Assembly (NCBI GenBank): GCA_038208175.1
Contig: JBBQZA010000001.1
Span: forward strand, 4,984 to 68,983
Length of the DNA stretch: 64,000 bases
DNA from: Burkholderiales bacterium
GTDB lineage: Bacteria; Pseudomonadota; Gammaproteobacteria; Burkholderiales; Burkholderiaceae_C
Direction: 5' to 3'
Part shown: positions 49,587 to 59,364 of the stretch, one piece after another
Position numbering within the stretch: the first letter of the stretch is position 1
Layout of the letters: each line of letters starts with the position of its first letter
Position numbers and translations under genes: made by a program
The notes under the pieces: model-generated
Database searches by the model: none
What the model was told of the DNA's origin: nothing
What the model saw: the letters and a program-made list of their open reading frames with translations, nothing else

Positions 49587-50489
49587 GTGATGATCGAACG
49601 CAAAGACCACCTGGACACCCTCGCGGTTTTCCTGCTGCTGGGTTGTAGCCTGTTCTGGGGCTTCCAGCAGGTGCTGGTCAAGGCCACAATTCCAGATGTG
49701 CCACCGATCTTTCAGGCCTCACTGCGCTTCGCCGGTGCGACGGTTCTCTTGTGGCTGTGGTGTGCGTGGCGCCGAATCCCGTTATTCCAGCGCGACGCAA
49801 GCCTGCTGGCCGGCCTGCTGGCCGGCATTTTGTTTGCGCTTGAATTTGCCTGTCTTTACGCCGGACTGCAGTTTTCAGCGGCGTCGCGTCTAACCATTTT
49901 TCTCTACACCTCCCCGTTCTGGGTAGCTGCATTGCTCCCTCTGTTTGTACCTGCGGAGAAGATGCGCCCACTGCAATGGCTGGGTCTGGCACTGGCGTTT
50001 ACGGCAGTGGCCTTTGCACTGCGTGAAGGCCTCACTTCGACCAGCAGCGCTGAGCAGTGGCGCGGCGACTTGTTGGCGCTGACAGCCGGCATGTTTTGGG
50101 GCCTGACCACGGTGGTCATTCGCAGCACTCGCCTGACCCGGGTATCGCCTGAGAAACTGCTGTTCTACCAAGTCGGTGTGAGTGCCGTGACATTGCCGCT
50201 GCTGTCATTGCTGCTGGGCGAGCGCTGGGTCTGGACCTATAGCGCATTCGCTGTGACGTCGCTATTGCTGCAAACAGTGGTGGGCGCCTTTGTCAGCTAT
50301 CTGGCCTGGATGTGGATGCTCGGACGCTACCCCGCCACCAAAATTTCCGTCTTTGTTTTTCTGACGCCGGTTTTTGCATTGCTGTTTGGCTCACTCTGGT
50401 TGCATGAGCCCGTCACACTCAACCTGATCGCTGCCCTGTCCCTGGTGGCTGTCGGCATTGTGCTGGTGAACCGCAGGCCCGAGTCATAG
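49587..50489 (+). CDS. DMT/EamA family transporter
   Basis: Ten hydrophobic segments; FWGFQQV, FLTPVF. Confidence 0.88.
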   Translation: MMIERKDHLDTLAVFLLLGCSLFWGFQQVLVKATIPDVPPIFQASLRFAGATVLLWLWCAWRRIPLFQRDASLLAGLLAGILFALEFACLYAGLQFSAASRLTIFLYTSPFWVAALLPLFVPAEKMRPLQWLGLALAFTAVAFALREGLTSTSSAEQWRGDLLALTAGMFWGLTTVVIRSTRLTRVSPEKLLFYQVGVSAVTLPLLSLLLGERWVWTYSAFAVTSLLLQTVVGAFVSYLAWMWMLGRYPATKISVFVFLTPVFALLFGSLWLHEPVTLNLIAALSLVAVGIVLVNRRPES

Positions 50490-50502
50490 GCTGAAGAAAG
50501 AG

Positions 50503-51753
50503 TTAGACCACCCGGGAAGAACGCAAAGCGGCCATCGCCGCAGCGTCCACTCCCAATTCCGCCAGCACTTCATCGGTGTGTTCGCCCAGCGCTGGAGGTG
50601 CCCGTCGCAGCACAGGCGGGGTCGCCATCAGGCGTAACGGACTGGCGACAGTGGCGATGGATTCGACCGCTGTCCTGGCATTAGCCGTTGGCGACCGGGG
50701 CTGCTTCACCACCAAACCACGGGCTGCGACCTGGGCATCAGCAAAAGCCTGCCCAATATCGTTGATCGGACCACAGGGGACGGCCTGGTCTTCCAGCAGT
50801 GCAATCCACTGCGCCGTGCTGCGGCTACGGGTCACTTCCTGCATCGCAGAAATCAGTGCTTCACGGTGTTTCACGCGCAGTGTGTTGTTGGCAAAACGGG
50901 GGTCGGAGGCCCACTCCGGATGCGCAGCGACCTCACAAAAGCGGGCGAACTGGCCGTCATTGCCGATCGCCAGCAGCATGGATCCGTCCAGCGTCTGGAA
51001 GTCCTGGTAAGGAGCGAGGCTGGGGTGGCTGTTGCCCTGACGCTGCGGCACCTTGCCGGTATTCAAGAAGCCGGCTGCCTGATTGCCCAAAATGGCCATC
51101 CCCACATCCAGCAATGCCATATCGATGTACTGACCCTCACCGCTGCGGTGCCGCACTTCCATGGCCGCCAAAATGGCGCTACAAGCATAGACACCGGTGA
51201 AAATATCGGTCAGTGCAACGCCAACGCGCTGCGGTCCGCCACCCGTCACGTCATCTGAGCGGCCTGTGATGCTCATCATGCCGCTCATGGCCTGAATCAT
51301 CAGGTCGTAGCCAGCACGCTCGGCATACGGACCGTCCTGACCAAAACCCGTGACAGAGCAATAAATCAGGCGCGGATTCAGGATCTTCAAGCTGGCGTAG
51401 TCCAGCCCGTATTGCTGCAAACCACCGACCTTGAAATTTTCCACCAGGATGTCACTCTTCAAGGCCATCTGGCGAATCAAAGCCTGCCCTTCGGGCTTGG
51501 CCATGTCGATGGTTATGGAGCGCTTGTTGCGGTTGCAGGCTGTGAAATAGCTGGCCTGATCGGTATCGCTGCCCGCTGCATCCTTCAGGAATGGCGGCCC
51601 CCAGTGGCGTGTATCGTCGCCGACGTCAGGGCGCTCAACCTTGATCACATCAGCTCCCAGGTCAGCCAACATTTGGGTGCACCAGGGGCCGGCCAGTACG
51701 CGGGACAGGTCGAGTACTTTGATATGCGAGAGGGCGGCTTGTTTATTGGTCAT
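50503..51753 (-). CDS. CaiB/BaiF family III CoA-transferase (probable glutarate CoA-transferase)
   Basis: DLSRVLAGPW, GDDTRHWGPP, NRNKRS, AGYD; downstream of gcdH. Confidence 0.9.
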   Translation of the reverse strand: MTNKQAALSHIKVLDLSRVLAGPWCTQMLADLGADVIKVERPDVGDDTRHWGPPFLKDAAGSDTDQASYFTACNRNKRSITIDMAKPEGQALIRQMALKSDILVENFKVGGLQQYGLDYASLKILNPRLIYCSVTGFGQDGPYAERAGYDLMIQAMSGMMSITGRSDDVTGGGPQRVGVALTDIFTGVYACSAILAAMEVRHRSGEGQYIDMALLDVGMAILGNQAAGFLNTGKVPQRQGNSHPSLAPYQDFQTLDGSMLLAIGNDGQFARFCEVAAHPEWASDPRFANNTLRVKHREALISAMQEVTRSRSTAQWIALLEDQAVPCGPINDIGQAFADAQVAARGLVVKQPRSPTANARTAVESIATVASPLRLMATPPVLRRAPPALGEHTDEVLAELGVDAAAMAALRSSRVV

Positions 51754-51815
51754 CGTGAGTTCTCTCTTTTCTCTCGTTAGCTCTGTTTACTCGCCACAGG
51801 GTGTCCGGCCAGGTG

Positions 51816-51933
51816 GGAGCATTCCGGCGGTGGCCCGGAGCACGCCGGTGGGGCACTCAGTTCCGCGAATGTCCCCCGCCTACGGCTCCTCCTTTATTTC
51901 GCTGCACTGAGCGCCCCATCGGCGTGCTCCTGC
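51816..51933. repeat. ~118-bp hairpin repeat element, copy 2 (inverted relative to copy 1)
   Basis: Matches the reverse complement of 24655-24772 with a few substitutions. Confidence 0.85.
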
Positions 51934-52052
51934 ATTTGTGGTGAGCGATTGCGCCCCAACGCCGCCGTTTGCCACTACCGGCATACCAGTTCTTGTCTTT
52001 CGAAAACCACAGGGTATCAGACATCGGCAAGTCAACAAATAATTTGCAACCG

Positions 52053-53249
52053 TCAATTCGCAAAAGCCGCAATCCCGGTCTGCGCCCGGCCCAGAATCAG
52101 CGCATGGATGTCGTGCGTACCTTCATAGGTATTCACCGCTTCCAGGTTCACCAAATGGCGCGCCACGCCAAACTCATCCGAGATACCGTTGCCACCCATC
52201 ATGTCGCGTGCCAGACGTGCCACGTCGAGCGCTTTGCCGCAGGAATTGCGCTTCAGGATCGATGTGACTTCAACCGAGGCAGTGCCCTCGTCCTTCATCC
52301 GGCCCAGTCGCAGACAACCCTGCAGGCCGAGTGCAATTTCGGTCTGCATGTCGGCCAGTTTTTTCTGAATCAATTGATTGGCCGCCAGCGGGCGGCCAAA
52401 TTGTTTGCGCTCCAGCACATACTGGCGCGAGCGAAACCAGCAATCTTCAGCCGCACCCAAAGCACCCCAGGCAATACCGTAGCGCGCCGAGTTGAGGCAG
52501 CTAAAAGGCCCCTTTAATCCATGCACTTCGGGAAAGGCATTCTCTTGCGGGCAGAACACAGCGTCCATCACGATTTCGCCGGTGATCGAGGCGCGTAAAC
52601 CGACCTTGCCATGAATCGTTGGCGCACTCAAACCCTTGGCCCCTTTGTCCAGTACGAAGCCACGAATCGGGCCTACATGACCACTTTCGCTGACTTCTTT
52701 GGCCCAGACCACAAACACATCCGCAACGGGGGAGTTGGAAATCCACATTTTGTTGCCGGTCAGCTTGTAGCCGCCGGCAGTTTTGTGGGCGCGGGCAGCC
52801 ATGGAACCCGGGTCGGAACCATGATCCGGTTCGGTCAGGCCAAAGCAGCCTATCCATTCACCGGTGGCCAATTTCGGCAGGTATTTTTGCTTTTGCGCCT
52901 CACTACCAAATTCAAAAATGGGCACCATCACGAGTGAACTTTGCACACTCAACATGGAGCGGTAACCGGAATCGACGCGCTCGACTTCACGCGCGATCAG
53001 GCCGTACGCCACATAGTTGAGGCCGGGGCCGCCATAGGCGTCGGGAATGGTCGGACCCAGCAAACCGAGTTCCCCCATTTCACGAAAGATGGAAATATCG
53101 GTCTGTTCCTTGCGGAAGGCCTCAATCACACGCGGCTGGAGCTGGTCCTGGCAATAGGCAGCAGCCGCGTCGCGCACCATGCGCTCCTCATCGCTGAGCT
53201 GGCTGTCGAGCAAAAAAGGGTCTTGCCAGTTAAAGGCAGCGTTGGGCAT
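52053..53249 (-). CDS. gcdH: Glutaryl-CoA dehydrogenase (decarboxylating)
   Basis: [58 protein letters not shown]; start at ATG 53249. Confidence 0.95.
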   Translation of the reverse strand: MPNAAFNWQDPFLLDSQLSDEERMVRDAAAAYCQDQLQPRVIEAFRKEQTDISIFREMGELGLLGPTIPDAYGGPGLNYVAYGLIAREVERVDSGYRSMLSVQSSLVMVPIFEFGSEAQKQKYLPKLATGEWIGCFGLTEPDHGSDPGSMAARAHKTAGGYKLTGNKMWISNSPVADVFVVWAKEVSESGHVGPIRGFVLDKGAKGLSAPTIHGKVGLRASITGEIVMDAVFCPQENAFPEVHGLKGPFSCLNSARYGIAWGALGAAEDCWFRSRQYVLERKQFGRPLAANQLIQKKLADMQTEIALGLQGCLRLGRMKDEGTASVEVTSILKRNSCGKALDVARLARDMMGGNGISDEFGVARHLVNLEAVNTYEGTHDIHALILGRAQTGIAAFAN

Positions 53250-53522
53250 AAGTGTTCTCCGGTTAAGCAATTGACAACAAATCCAGTGCTGCAACTGCAT
53301 TGAGTGGCGCATGGTAGCGGACCGAAGGGCAAAAAAGCAAACGACTTCTATTCACCTAGTTATGCAAATTATTCATATTTAGTCTAAAAATGTTATGACC
53401 TAATCATCTCCTGGCGCGGTCCAACAACGCACTTTTTACCCTTTGCGTTGTCGACAGTCTGAGCATTTCAGTAAAGTGTCAAATCCAGGTGTTCGAAAGA
53501 TATTGTGTATATTTCGCATATC

Positions 53523-54449
53523 ATGCGCAGAAAAATCCCGTCGCTACAAGCCCTCGCCTGTTTTCAGACGGCTGCCTGCCATGAAAGCTACACACGCGCC
53601 GCGCAAGAACTGGCACTGACGCAGGGCGCGGTGTCGCGGCAGATCAGCGCGCTGGAAGAATTCCTCGGTGTTGTCCTATTTCAACGCACCCGCCACGGCG
53701 TCAAGTTGACCGAGCGTGGCGCGGACTACGCAGCCCAGGTGGCGCCCCATTTACAGAACCTGGAACAGGACACGCTGGACGTCATGTCAACGCAGGGTCG
53801 CGGCGGCAGCATCCGGCTGGCGGCGGTACCGACGTTCGCGACACGTTGGCTGATACCGCGTCTCCCGGATCTGAAAGCGCAGCACCCTGAAATCACGGTT
53901 CACATCGAGACGCGCACCCGTCCCTTCATGTTTGCCGATACATCATTTGATGCGGCGCTCTATGCCGGTAGCGCGGAACAGGTCAACGCCTGGGCTGGCA
54001 CGCAGTCGGTGCGGCTGCTGGCAGAAGACATGGTACCGGTTTGCGCCCCGGTCCTGATCGGCGCACAAACCAGATTGACGGCCGAGACCATCGCGCAACT
54101 CCCCTTGCTGCAACAAAGCACCCGGCCCATGGCCTGGCGTCAATGGTTTGAGGCGGCCGGTGTCAGCGCACCGCTGGCTATGGCCGGGCCGCGCTATGAG
54201 TTGTTTTCGATGACCACTGCTGCAGCTACCCAAGGTTTGGGGCTGGCGCTGGTGCCGCGCCTTCTCATTGAATCGGAACTATTGCGTGGCGAGTTGGTCA
54301 TTGCCTGCCAACAACCCCTTAAAGGCGAGCGCGCCTTTTACCTGGTTAACCCAGAGCGCGCCGACGAGAGACCGGCCTTGAAGATCTTTCGGACCTGGTT
54401 GCTGCAAGCTGCAGCGCAGGGTCCGCCGTCCACTTTGGCGCTGTCTTGA
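53523..54449 (+). CDS. LysR family regulator (GcdR/GcvA type)
   Basis: MRRKIPSLQAL..F..AA.HES.TRAA.EL.LTQ.AV; divergent from gcdH. Confidence 0.88.
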   Translation: MRRKIPSLQALACFQTAACHESYTRAAQELALTQGAVSRQISALEEFLGVVLFQRTRHGVKLTERGADYAAQVAPHLQNLEQDTLDVMSTQGRGGSIRLAAVPTFATRWLIPRLPDLKAQHPEITVHIETRTRPFMFADTSFDAALYAGSAEQVNAWAGTQSVRLLAEDMVPVCAPVLIGAQTRLTAETIAQLPLLQQSTRPMAWRQWFEAAGVSAPLAMAGPRYELFSMTTAAATQGLGLALVPRLLIESELLRGELVIACQQPLKGERAFYLVNPERADERPALKIFRTWLLQAAAQGPPSTLALS

Positions 54450-54534
54450 TCTGCGAGAGTAAATCTGATCATTTGGCGCGCAGCCTAAAATCCCCTGAGT
54501 ATTGTGATCAACATAGACCAAAGCGGGGTAAGCA

Positions 54535-55695
54535 ATGAATTTCGAATTGACCGAAGAACAGCAACTGATCCAGGACACGGCCCGGCGCTTCGCTGCGGAG
54601 GACATAGCGCCGACACTCGAAGCCGAGGAAAGCAGGCACGAGTTTCGTGCCGATCGGGTCGCAAAAATGGGCGGCTTGGGATTTTTTTCCTGCGCCCTGC
54701 CCGAGGAGTTCGGTGGCAGCGGCATGGGTTTCTTCGAGTCGGTCCTGATGGCCGAACAGATCGCCAAAATCTCCGCCTCCTGGCGCTTGCCATTCAACAT
54801 GCAGAACCTGGGACCGGCGCTGACCGTGAACAAGTTCGGCTCGCAGGCGCAGAAGGAAAAGTATGTCCCCGGCTGGGTCGCCGGCACCCAATTGGGATTC
54901 TTCGCCATGACCGAATCCAACACCGGCTCGGATGTTTCCAGCATGAAGACCCACGCTATCGACAAGGGCGATCACTGGGAGATACACGGCTCCAAGATAT
55001 GGATTTCGCAGGCGCAGGTTGGCGATGCCGGCCTGCTCTATGCCTATACCGACAGGACCCAGGGTAACAAGGGTATCACTGCCTTCATCATCGAACCGAA
55101 GAACATGCCGGGCTGCAGCGCCCGCGCCATCGAAACCAAGCTCGGCCTGAAATGCGCACCGACCGGCGAGTTCGCCTTCGATGGCATGAAGGTGCCAAAA
55201 GAAAATGTGTTGGGCAAGCCCGGCGAGGGGTTTCGCATCTGCATGTGGCAACTCAATCAAACCCGGCTCGGTTGCGCGGCGGGCGCGCTGGGCGTGGCCG
55301 GCGGTGCGCTGGATCTGGCCGTTGGGTATGCCAACGAGCGCAACCAGTTCGGCAAGCCGATCTCGCAGCATCAGATGGTCCAGGCGCAGATTGCCGAGAT
55401 GGTGGTCGAACACCAGGCGGCGCAAATGCTGGTCTATCGGGCAGCCTGGCTGAAAGACCAGGGCAAGCCGAACCAATTTGAGACCTCGGTCGCCAAGTAT
55501 GCCGCGTCCGAGGCAGCGGTTCACGCCGCCAACGAGTGCATGAAGATTTATGGCTCGTACGGGTTTTCCACCGAGTATCCGGCCGAGCGTTTCTACCGCG
55601 ACGCCAAGTCGCTGCAGGTGGTGGAAGGCACGTCCAACATCCAGAAAGTCATCATCTCGGGCATGGCGCTGGGCTTCACGCCGAACCGCGAGTAG
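54535..55695 (+). CDS. Acyl-CoA dehydrogenase, probably non-decarboxylating glutaryl-CoA dehydrogenase
   Basis: YAYTD..G.KG.TAF.IEPKN.PG, GSYGFSTEYPAERFYRDA, VEGTSNIQKVII resemble the Desulfococcus multivorans enzyme; adjacent to gcdA. Confidence 0.75.
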   Translation: MNFELTEEQQLIQDTARRFAAEDIAPTLEAEESRHEFRADRVAKMGGLGFFSCALPEEFGGSGMGFFESVLMAEQIAKISASWRLPFNMQNLGPALTVNKFGSQAQKEKYVPGWVAGTQLGFFAMTESNTGSDVSSMKTHAIDKGDHWEIHGSKIWISQAQVGDAGLLYAYTDRTQGNKGITAFIIEPKNMPGCSARAIETKLGLKCAPTGEFAFDGMKVPKENVLGKPGEGFRICMWQLNQTRLGCAAGALGVAGGALDLAVGYANERNQFGKPISQHQMVQAQIAEMVVEHQAAQMLVYRAAWLKDQGKPNQFETSVAKYAASEAAVHAANECMKIYGSYGFSTEYPAERFYRDAKSLQVVEGTSNIQKVIISGMALGFTPNRE

Positions 55696-55720
55696 TAGGC
55701 GACAACAGAGGAAGATAGAC

Positions 55721-57454
55721 ATGAGACCGTATTTTGAAAAAATGCCCGGCCTGGGCAAACCCCTCAGGGAAAATCGCATCCTGCGTTCGAAGGAAAGCCG
55801 CGCCAAACTGGAAGCCACCGAGGCAGAAATTGCGGCACTTCGCAAGATCCGGGAAAACGTCGGAATTTCCACTGAGAAAATTAATGAACGTGGCTCGCTG
55901 ACGGTCTGGCAACGACTCGAATATCTGGTCGACCCAGGTACCTGGCAGCCGCTACACAGCCTCTACAACCCAGAGGAAAATGAAGAAGGTACGACCAACG
56001 TGGTCGACGGGTTGGGAAAAATATCCGGCCGCTGGGCGGTCATCATCGGCTTCGACAACAAAGTGCTGGCAGGCGCCTGGATTGCCGGGCAACCGGAAAA
56101 TATCCTGCGCGTCACCAATCTGGCAAAGCGGCTGAATATTCCCTTGGTATGGCTGGTCAACTGCAGCGGCGTGAAACTGCCCGATCAGGAGAAGTTCTAC
56201 GCCGACCGCCGCGGTTCCGGCACCCCTTTTTACCGTCACGCCGAACTGGAACAAGCCGGCATTCCCGTGCTGGCAGGGATTTATGGCACCAATCCTGCCG
56301 GCGGTGGCTATCAGGGCATTACGCCAACCATTCTGATTGCGCACAAGGACGCGAATATTGCCGTCGGCGGCGCCGGCATCGTCTCGGGCATGTCGCCGCG
56401 CGGCGGATTTGATGTGGAAGGGCTGGAACAACTGATAGCGGTCACGCGCGATCTCAAGGAACGCCCACCGGGCCGGGTCGAAACGCATTACAACGAGACC
56501 GGCTTTTTCACTCACGTCTGCGACGAGGAAAAAGGCGTTCTGGATGGCATCAAGACTTACATGCGGGCGATCCCGGCCTACGATCCAATGTTCTTCCGGG
56601 TCGCCGAACCGGCTGAGCCGCTGCTCCCGGCGGATGATCTGTATCATCTGCTGCCTTTTAACCAGAAGGAAACCTACGTTCTTGAAGAAATCATCGCACG
56701 GGTCGTGGACGGCAGCGAGCACATGGAATTTCGCCCGAACTACGGGCCGGAAATCTATGCCGGGCTGGTGAAAATTGATGGCATGCTGATCGGGGTGATC
56801 GGCAACCGCCAGGGCTTGTTGCCTCCGGGTTATCCGGAATATGCGGACTATCCGGGCATCGGCGGCAAGTTATACCGGCAGGGCTTGATCAAGATGAGTG
56901 AATTCGTGACCCACTGCGGACGCGATCGTGTGCCGGTGATCTGGCTCCAGGACACCAGCGGCATCGATGTTGGTGACGCGGCGGAAAAAGCCGAGCTGCT
57001 AGGCCTGGGCTCGAGTCTGGTTTACTCGATCCAGCAGGTCGATGTGCCGATGATGCTGGTGGTGCTCAGGAAAGGCAGCGCGGCGGCGCACTACATCATG
57101 GGCGGACCAAATGCCAATCGTCAGAACGCCTTTACCTTGGGCACCGCCGCAACCGAAATCTACGTGATGCATGGCGAGACCGCCGCCGTGGCGACCTACG
57201 CGCGCCGGGCGGTGAAGGACAAGGATGCGGGCAAGCCGCTGGAGCCGATCGCCGAGAAGATGAACGAGATGGCGCAGAAGTATCACGACACCTCGCGCCC
57301 GGCCTACTGCGCGCGCCACGGCTTCGTCGATGAGATCGTTGATCTGAAAGCGTTACGCGCTTATTTCAAGGCCTTTGCCGGCAGCGTTTACCAGAATCCG
57401 AAATCGATCTGCCCGCGCCACCAGATGCTGCTGCCCAGGATCATCAAAGGCTAA
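55721..57454 (+). CDS. gcdA: Glutaconyl-CoA decarboxylase alpha subunit (carboxyltransferase)
   Basis: NCSGVKLPDQEKFYADRRGSGTPFYRHAEL, GIYGTNPAGGGY, AVGGAGIVSGMSP match Acidaminococcus-type GcdA; start at ATG 55721. Confidence 0.88.
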   Translation: MRPYFEKMPGLGKPLRENRILRSKESRAKLEATEAEIAALRKIRENVGISTEKINERGSLTVWQRLEYLVDPGTWQPLHSLYNPEENEEGTTNVVDGLGKISGRWAVIIGFDNKVLAGAWIAGQPENILRVTNLAKRLNIPLVWLVNCSGVKLPDQEKFYADRRGSGTPFYRHAELEQAGIPVLAGIYGTNPAGGGYQGITPTILIAHKDANIAVGGAGIVSGMSPRGGFDVEGLEQLIAVTRDLKERPPGRVETHYNETGFFTHVCDEEKGVLDGIKTYMRAIPAYDPMFFRVAEPAEPLLPADDLYHLLPFNQKETYVLEEIIARVVDGSEHMEFRPNYGPEIYAGLVKIDGMLIGVIGNRQGLLPPGYPEYADYPGIGGKLYRQGLIKMSEFVTHCGRDRVPVIWLQDTSGIDVGDAAEKAELLGLGSSLVYSIQQVDVPMMLVVLRKGSAAAHYIMGGPNANRQNAFTLGTAATEIYVMHGETAAVATYARRAVKDKDAGKPLEPIAEKMNEMAQKYHDTSRPAYCARHGFVDEIVDLKALRAYFKAFAGSVYQNPKSICPRHQMLLPRIIKG

Positions 57455-57469
57455 AGAACCACCAATTTT

Positions 57470-57538
57470 GTCATCCCCGCGAAAGCGGGGATTCAGGCAG
57501 CCGTGAAAGTCATGGATTCCCGCTTGCGCGGGAATGAC
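57470..57538. repeat. REP-type palindrome (GTCATCCCCGCGAAAGCGGGGATTCAG...CATGGATTCCCGCTTGCGCGGGAATGAC)
   Basis: Two inverted GTCATYCCCGCG-type units between convergent gcdA and gcdB. Confidence 0.8.
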
Positions 57539-57554
57539 GCGGTAGACAGGCAGC

Positions 57555-58760
57555 TCAGCGTAACAGCGTGACGTAAACAGCGGCGATGATGGCCGAGGTG
57601 ATCACGCCGCAGATATTTGCCCCCAATGCCCACGGCAGGATGATCGCGAACTTGTTGGCGTCACGCGCCTCCTTCTGCGCCACCTTGGCTGTCGTCGGAA
57701 TGCAGGAAACTCCGGCGATGCCGATGACCGGGTTAAAGGTCCGGCCGCTGGTCCAATAGACGATGTAGCCGCCGATGATCCCGCCAATGCCGGAGATCAG
57801 GAGCGCCGTCACGCCCAGGAACAGCAGCAGAATGACCTTGGGATTGAGGATCGTCGCGGCTTCGCAGAGCACGCCCAGCAGGAGCCCGAGAAAAAAGGTG
57901 GAGCCGTACAGGACCGGACCGCCGATGAATTCAACAAATGGTTTGACATCCGACTCACGGATGATGATGCCCAGAAAGAACGACATGAACAGCGGCGCCG
58001 CCACCGGCAAAAGCAGGCACAGCAGCGTGCAGCTAATCACGGCGAAAGTCATTTTTTCCGCTTTAGTGAAACTCGGAATTTGCTTCGGGTCCATCTTGAT
58101 CCCTCTCAGATGCTTGGGGATCATGAGCCGGATCAGGTAAGGATAGCCGGCATAGGTCAGGCTCAGATAGAGGTAAGCCACGATCGTTATAGGCACGAAG
58201 ATGTCCTTGGCCAGGATCAACGACGTGTACAACACCATCGGACCATCGGCGCCGCCCACCATGGCGATCGACGCCGCCTCTTTGTAGGTAAGTCCCATGG
58301 CGACCGCGATCGGAAAGGTCAACAGGGTGCCGAGTTCGGCGCACAGAGCAATGAACATGCTGCGCATCGGCGATATGAGCATGTAGCCGATATCCGTGAT
58401 AACGCCAATGCCCATGAAGATGAGGCAGGCGATCAATCCGTTGCTGAAAGTGAAGGTGTAGATGGGCTGCAGGAAATTGATCTGCAAGACGTTCATGAGC
58501 TGGTTCGGCTCACTCGCCATGGGGTCCAGAAAAATCGTTCCCATCGTCGTTTTCGAGAGGTAGAGAACGGCCGCATTGACCGAAGACATGCCGACTCCCA
58601 TGGGAATCATGATCAGCGGCTCGAGCGTCCCCTTGGCGCCCAGGTAAACAAAGGCGATGCCCAGCAAGATCAGCACGATCCTCGCCACGACGATGATCGG
58701 ATCGGAGGCGACCATGGTGGCGATGCCCTGGAATATATACAGGAGGTCTATTTCGGGCAT
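57555..58760 (-). CDS. gcdB: Na+-translocating decarboxylase beta subunit (GcdB/OadB family)
   Basis: EPL.MIP.G.G, GGADGP, GVSCIPTTAKV, GANICGVI; very hydrophobic. Confidence 0.88.
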   Translation of the reverse strand: MPEIDLLYIFQGIATMVASDPIIVVARIVLILLGIAFVYLGAKGTLEPLIMIPMGVGMSSVNAAVLYLSKTTMGTIFLDPMASEPNQLMNVLQINFLQPIYTFTFSNGLIACLIFMGIGVITDIGYMLISPMRSMFIALCAELGTLLTFPIAVAMGLTYKEAASIAMVGGADGPMVLYTSLILAKDIFVPITIVAYLYLSLTYAGYPYLIRLMIPKHLRGIKMDPKQIPSFTKAEKMTFAVISCTLLCLLLPVAAPLFMSFFLGIIIRESDVKPFVEFIGGPVLYGSTFFLGLLLGVLCEAATILNPKVILLLFLGVTALLISGIGGIIGGYIVYWTSGRTFNPVIGIAGVSCIPTTAKVAQKEARDANKFAIILPWALGANICGVITSAIIAAVYVTLLR

Positions 58761-58762
58761 GA

Positions 58763-58963
58763 TCAGACCGCCTTTGTGGGGCCGCTACCGGCAGGCTTGG
58801 AGGACAGGTTGACCGTTGCGTCGATTTTCGCCATGGCCAAAACTCTTTGCCTGCGGATGCCGACGAATATCAGTTTGATGACAACTGCCACCAGCATTGA
58901 TATCAATGCGGCCAACCCGTAGACCACCAGCATGATCTTGACCGAACCCCAAAAATATTCCAT
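58763..58963 (-). CDS. Small membrane anchor subunit (GcdD/OadG-like)
   Basis: 66 aa, single N-terminal TM helix, between the biotin carrier and beta subunit genes. Confidence 0.6.
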   Translation of the reverse strand: MEYFWGSVKIMLVVYGLAALISMLVAVVIKLIFVGIRRQRVLAMAKIDATVNLSSKPAGSGPTKAV

Positions 58964-58981
58964 AAGCGAAGCAGGATTTGT

Positions 58982-59197
58982 CTATTCGATGACCAGCAAC
59001 AACTGATTGGACTCAACCATCGCCCCCTGGGAAACCTTGATCTCGGTGATCTTGCCGTCGGCCGGGGCGAAAATCGGATTTTCCATTTTCAGGGCTTCCA
59101 GCATCATCAGCTCGTCTTCATAACTCACCTGGTCGCCAACTTTGCAGAAAAGTCCCACGATTTTTCCCGACATCGGGGCGTTCACCTCAACGGCCAT
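58982..59197 (-). CDS. Biotin carrier subunit (GcdC-like)
   Basis: APMSGKI, LEALKMENPI (biotinyl-lysine motif), 71 aa. Confidence 0.88.
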   Translation of the reverse strand: MAVEVNAPMSGKIVGLFCKVGDQVSYEDELMMLEALKMENPIFAPADGKITEIKVSQGAMVESNQLLLVIE

Positions 59198-59364
59198 CTC
59201 ATTTCTCCTTTTATCAGTCAGTTTCGGACGCCGAATTCAGCAACCCCGAGCGTCGATTCTATTCGGCTTTACTCTCAAGCTAGTGTGAGCGTCTACAATT
59301 TCACCCCTACACAAACGCTGTCGGGTCGATATTTAGACCACACCGATTACAGCAGGAGACCAGC

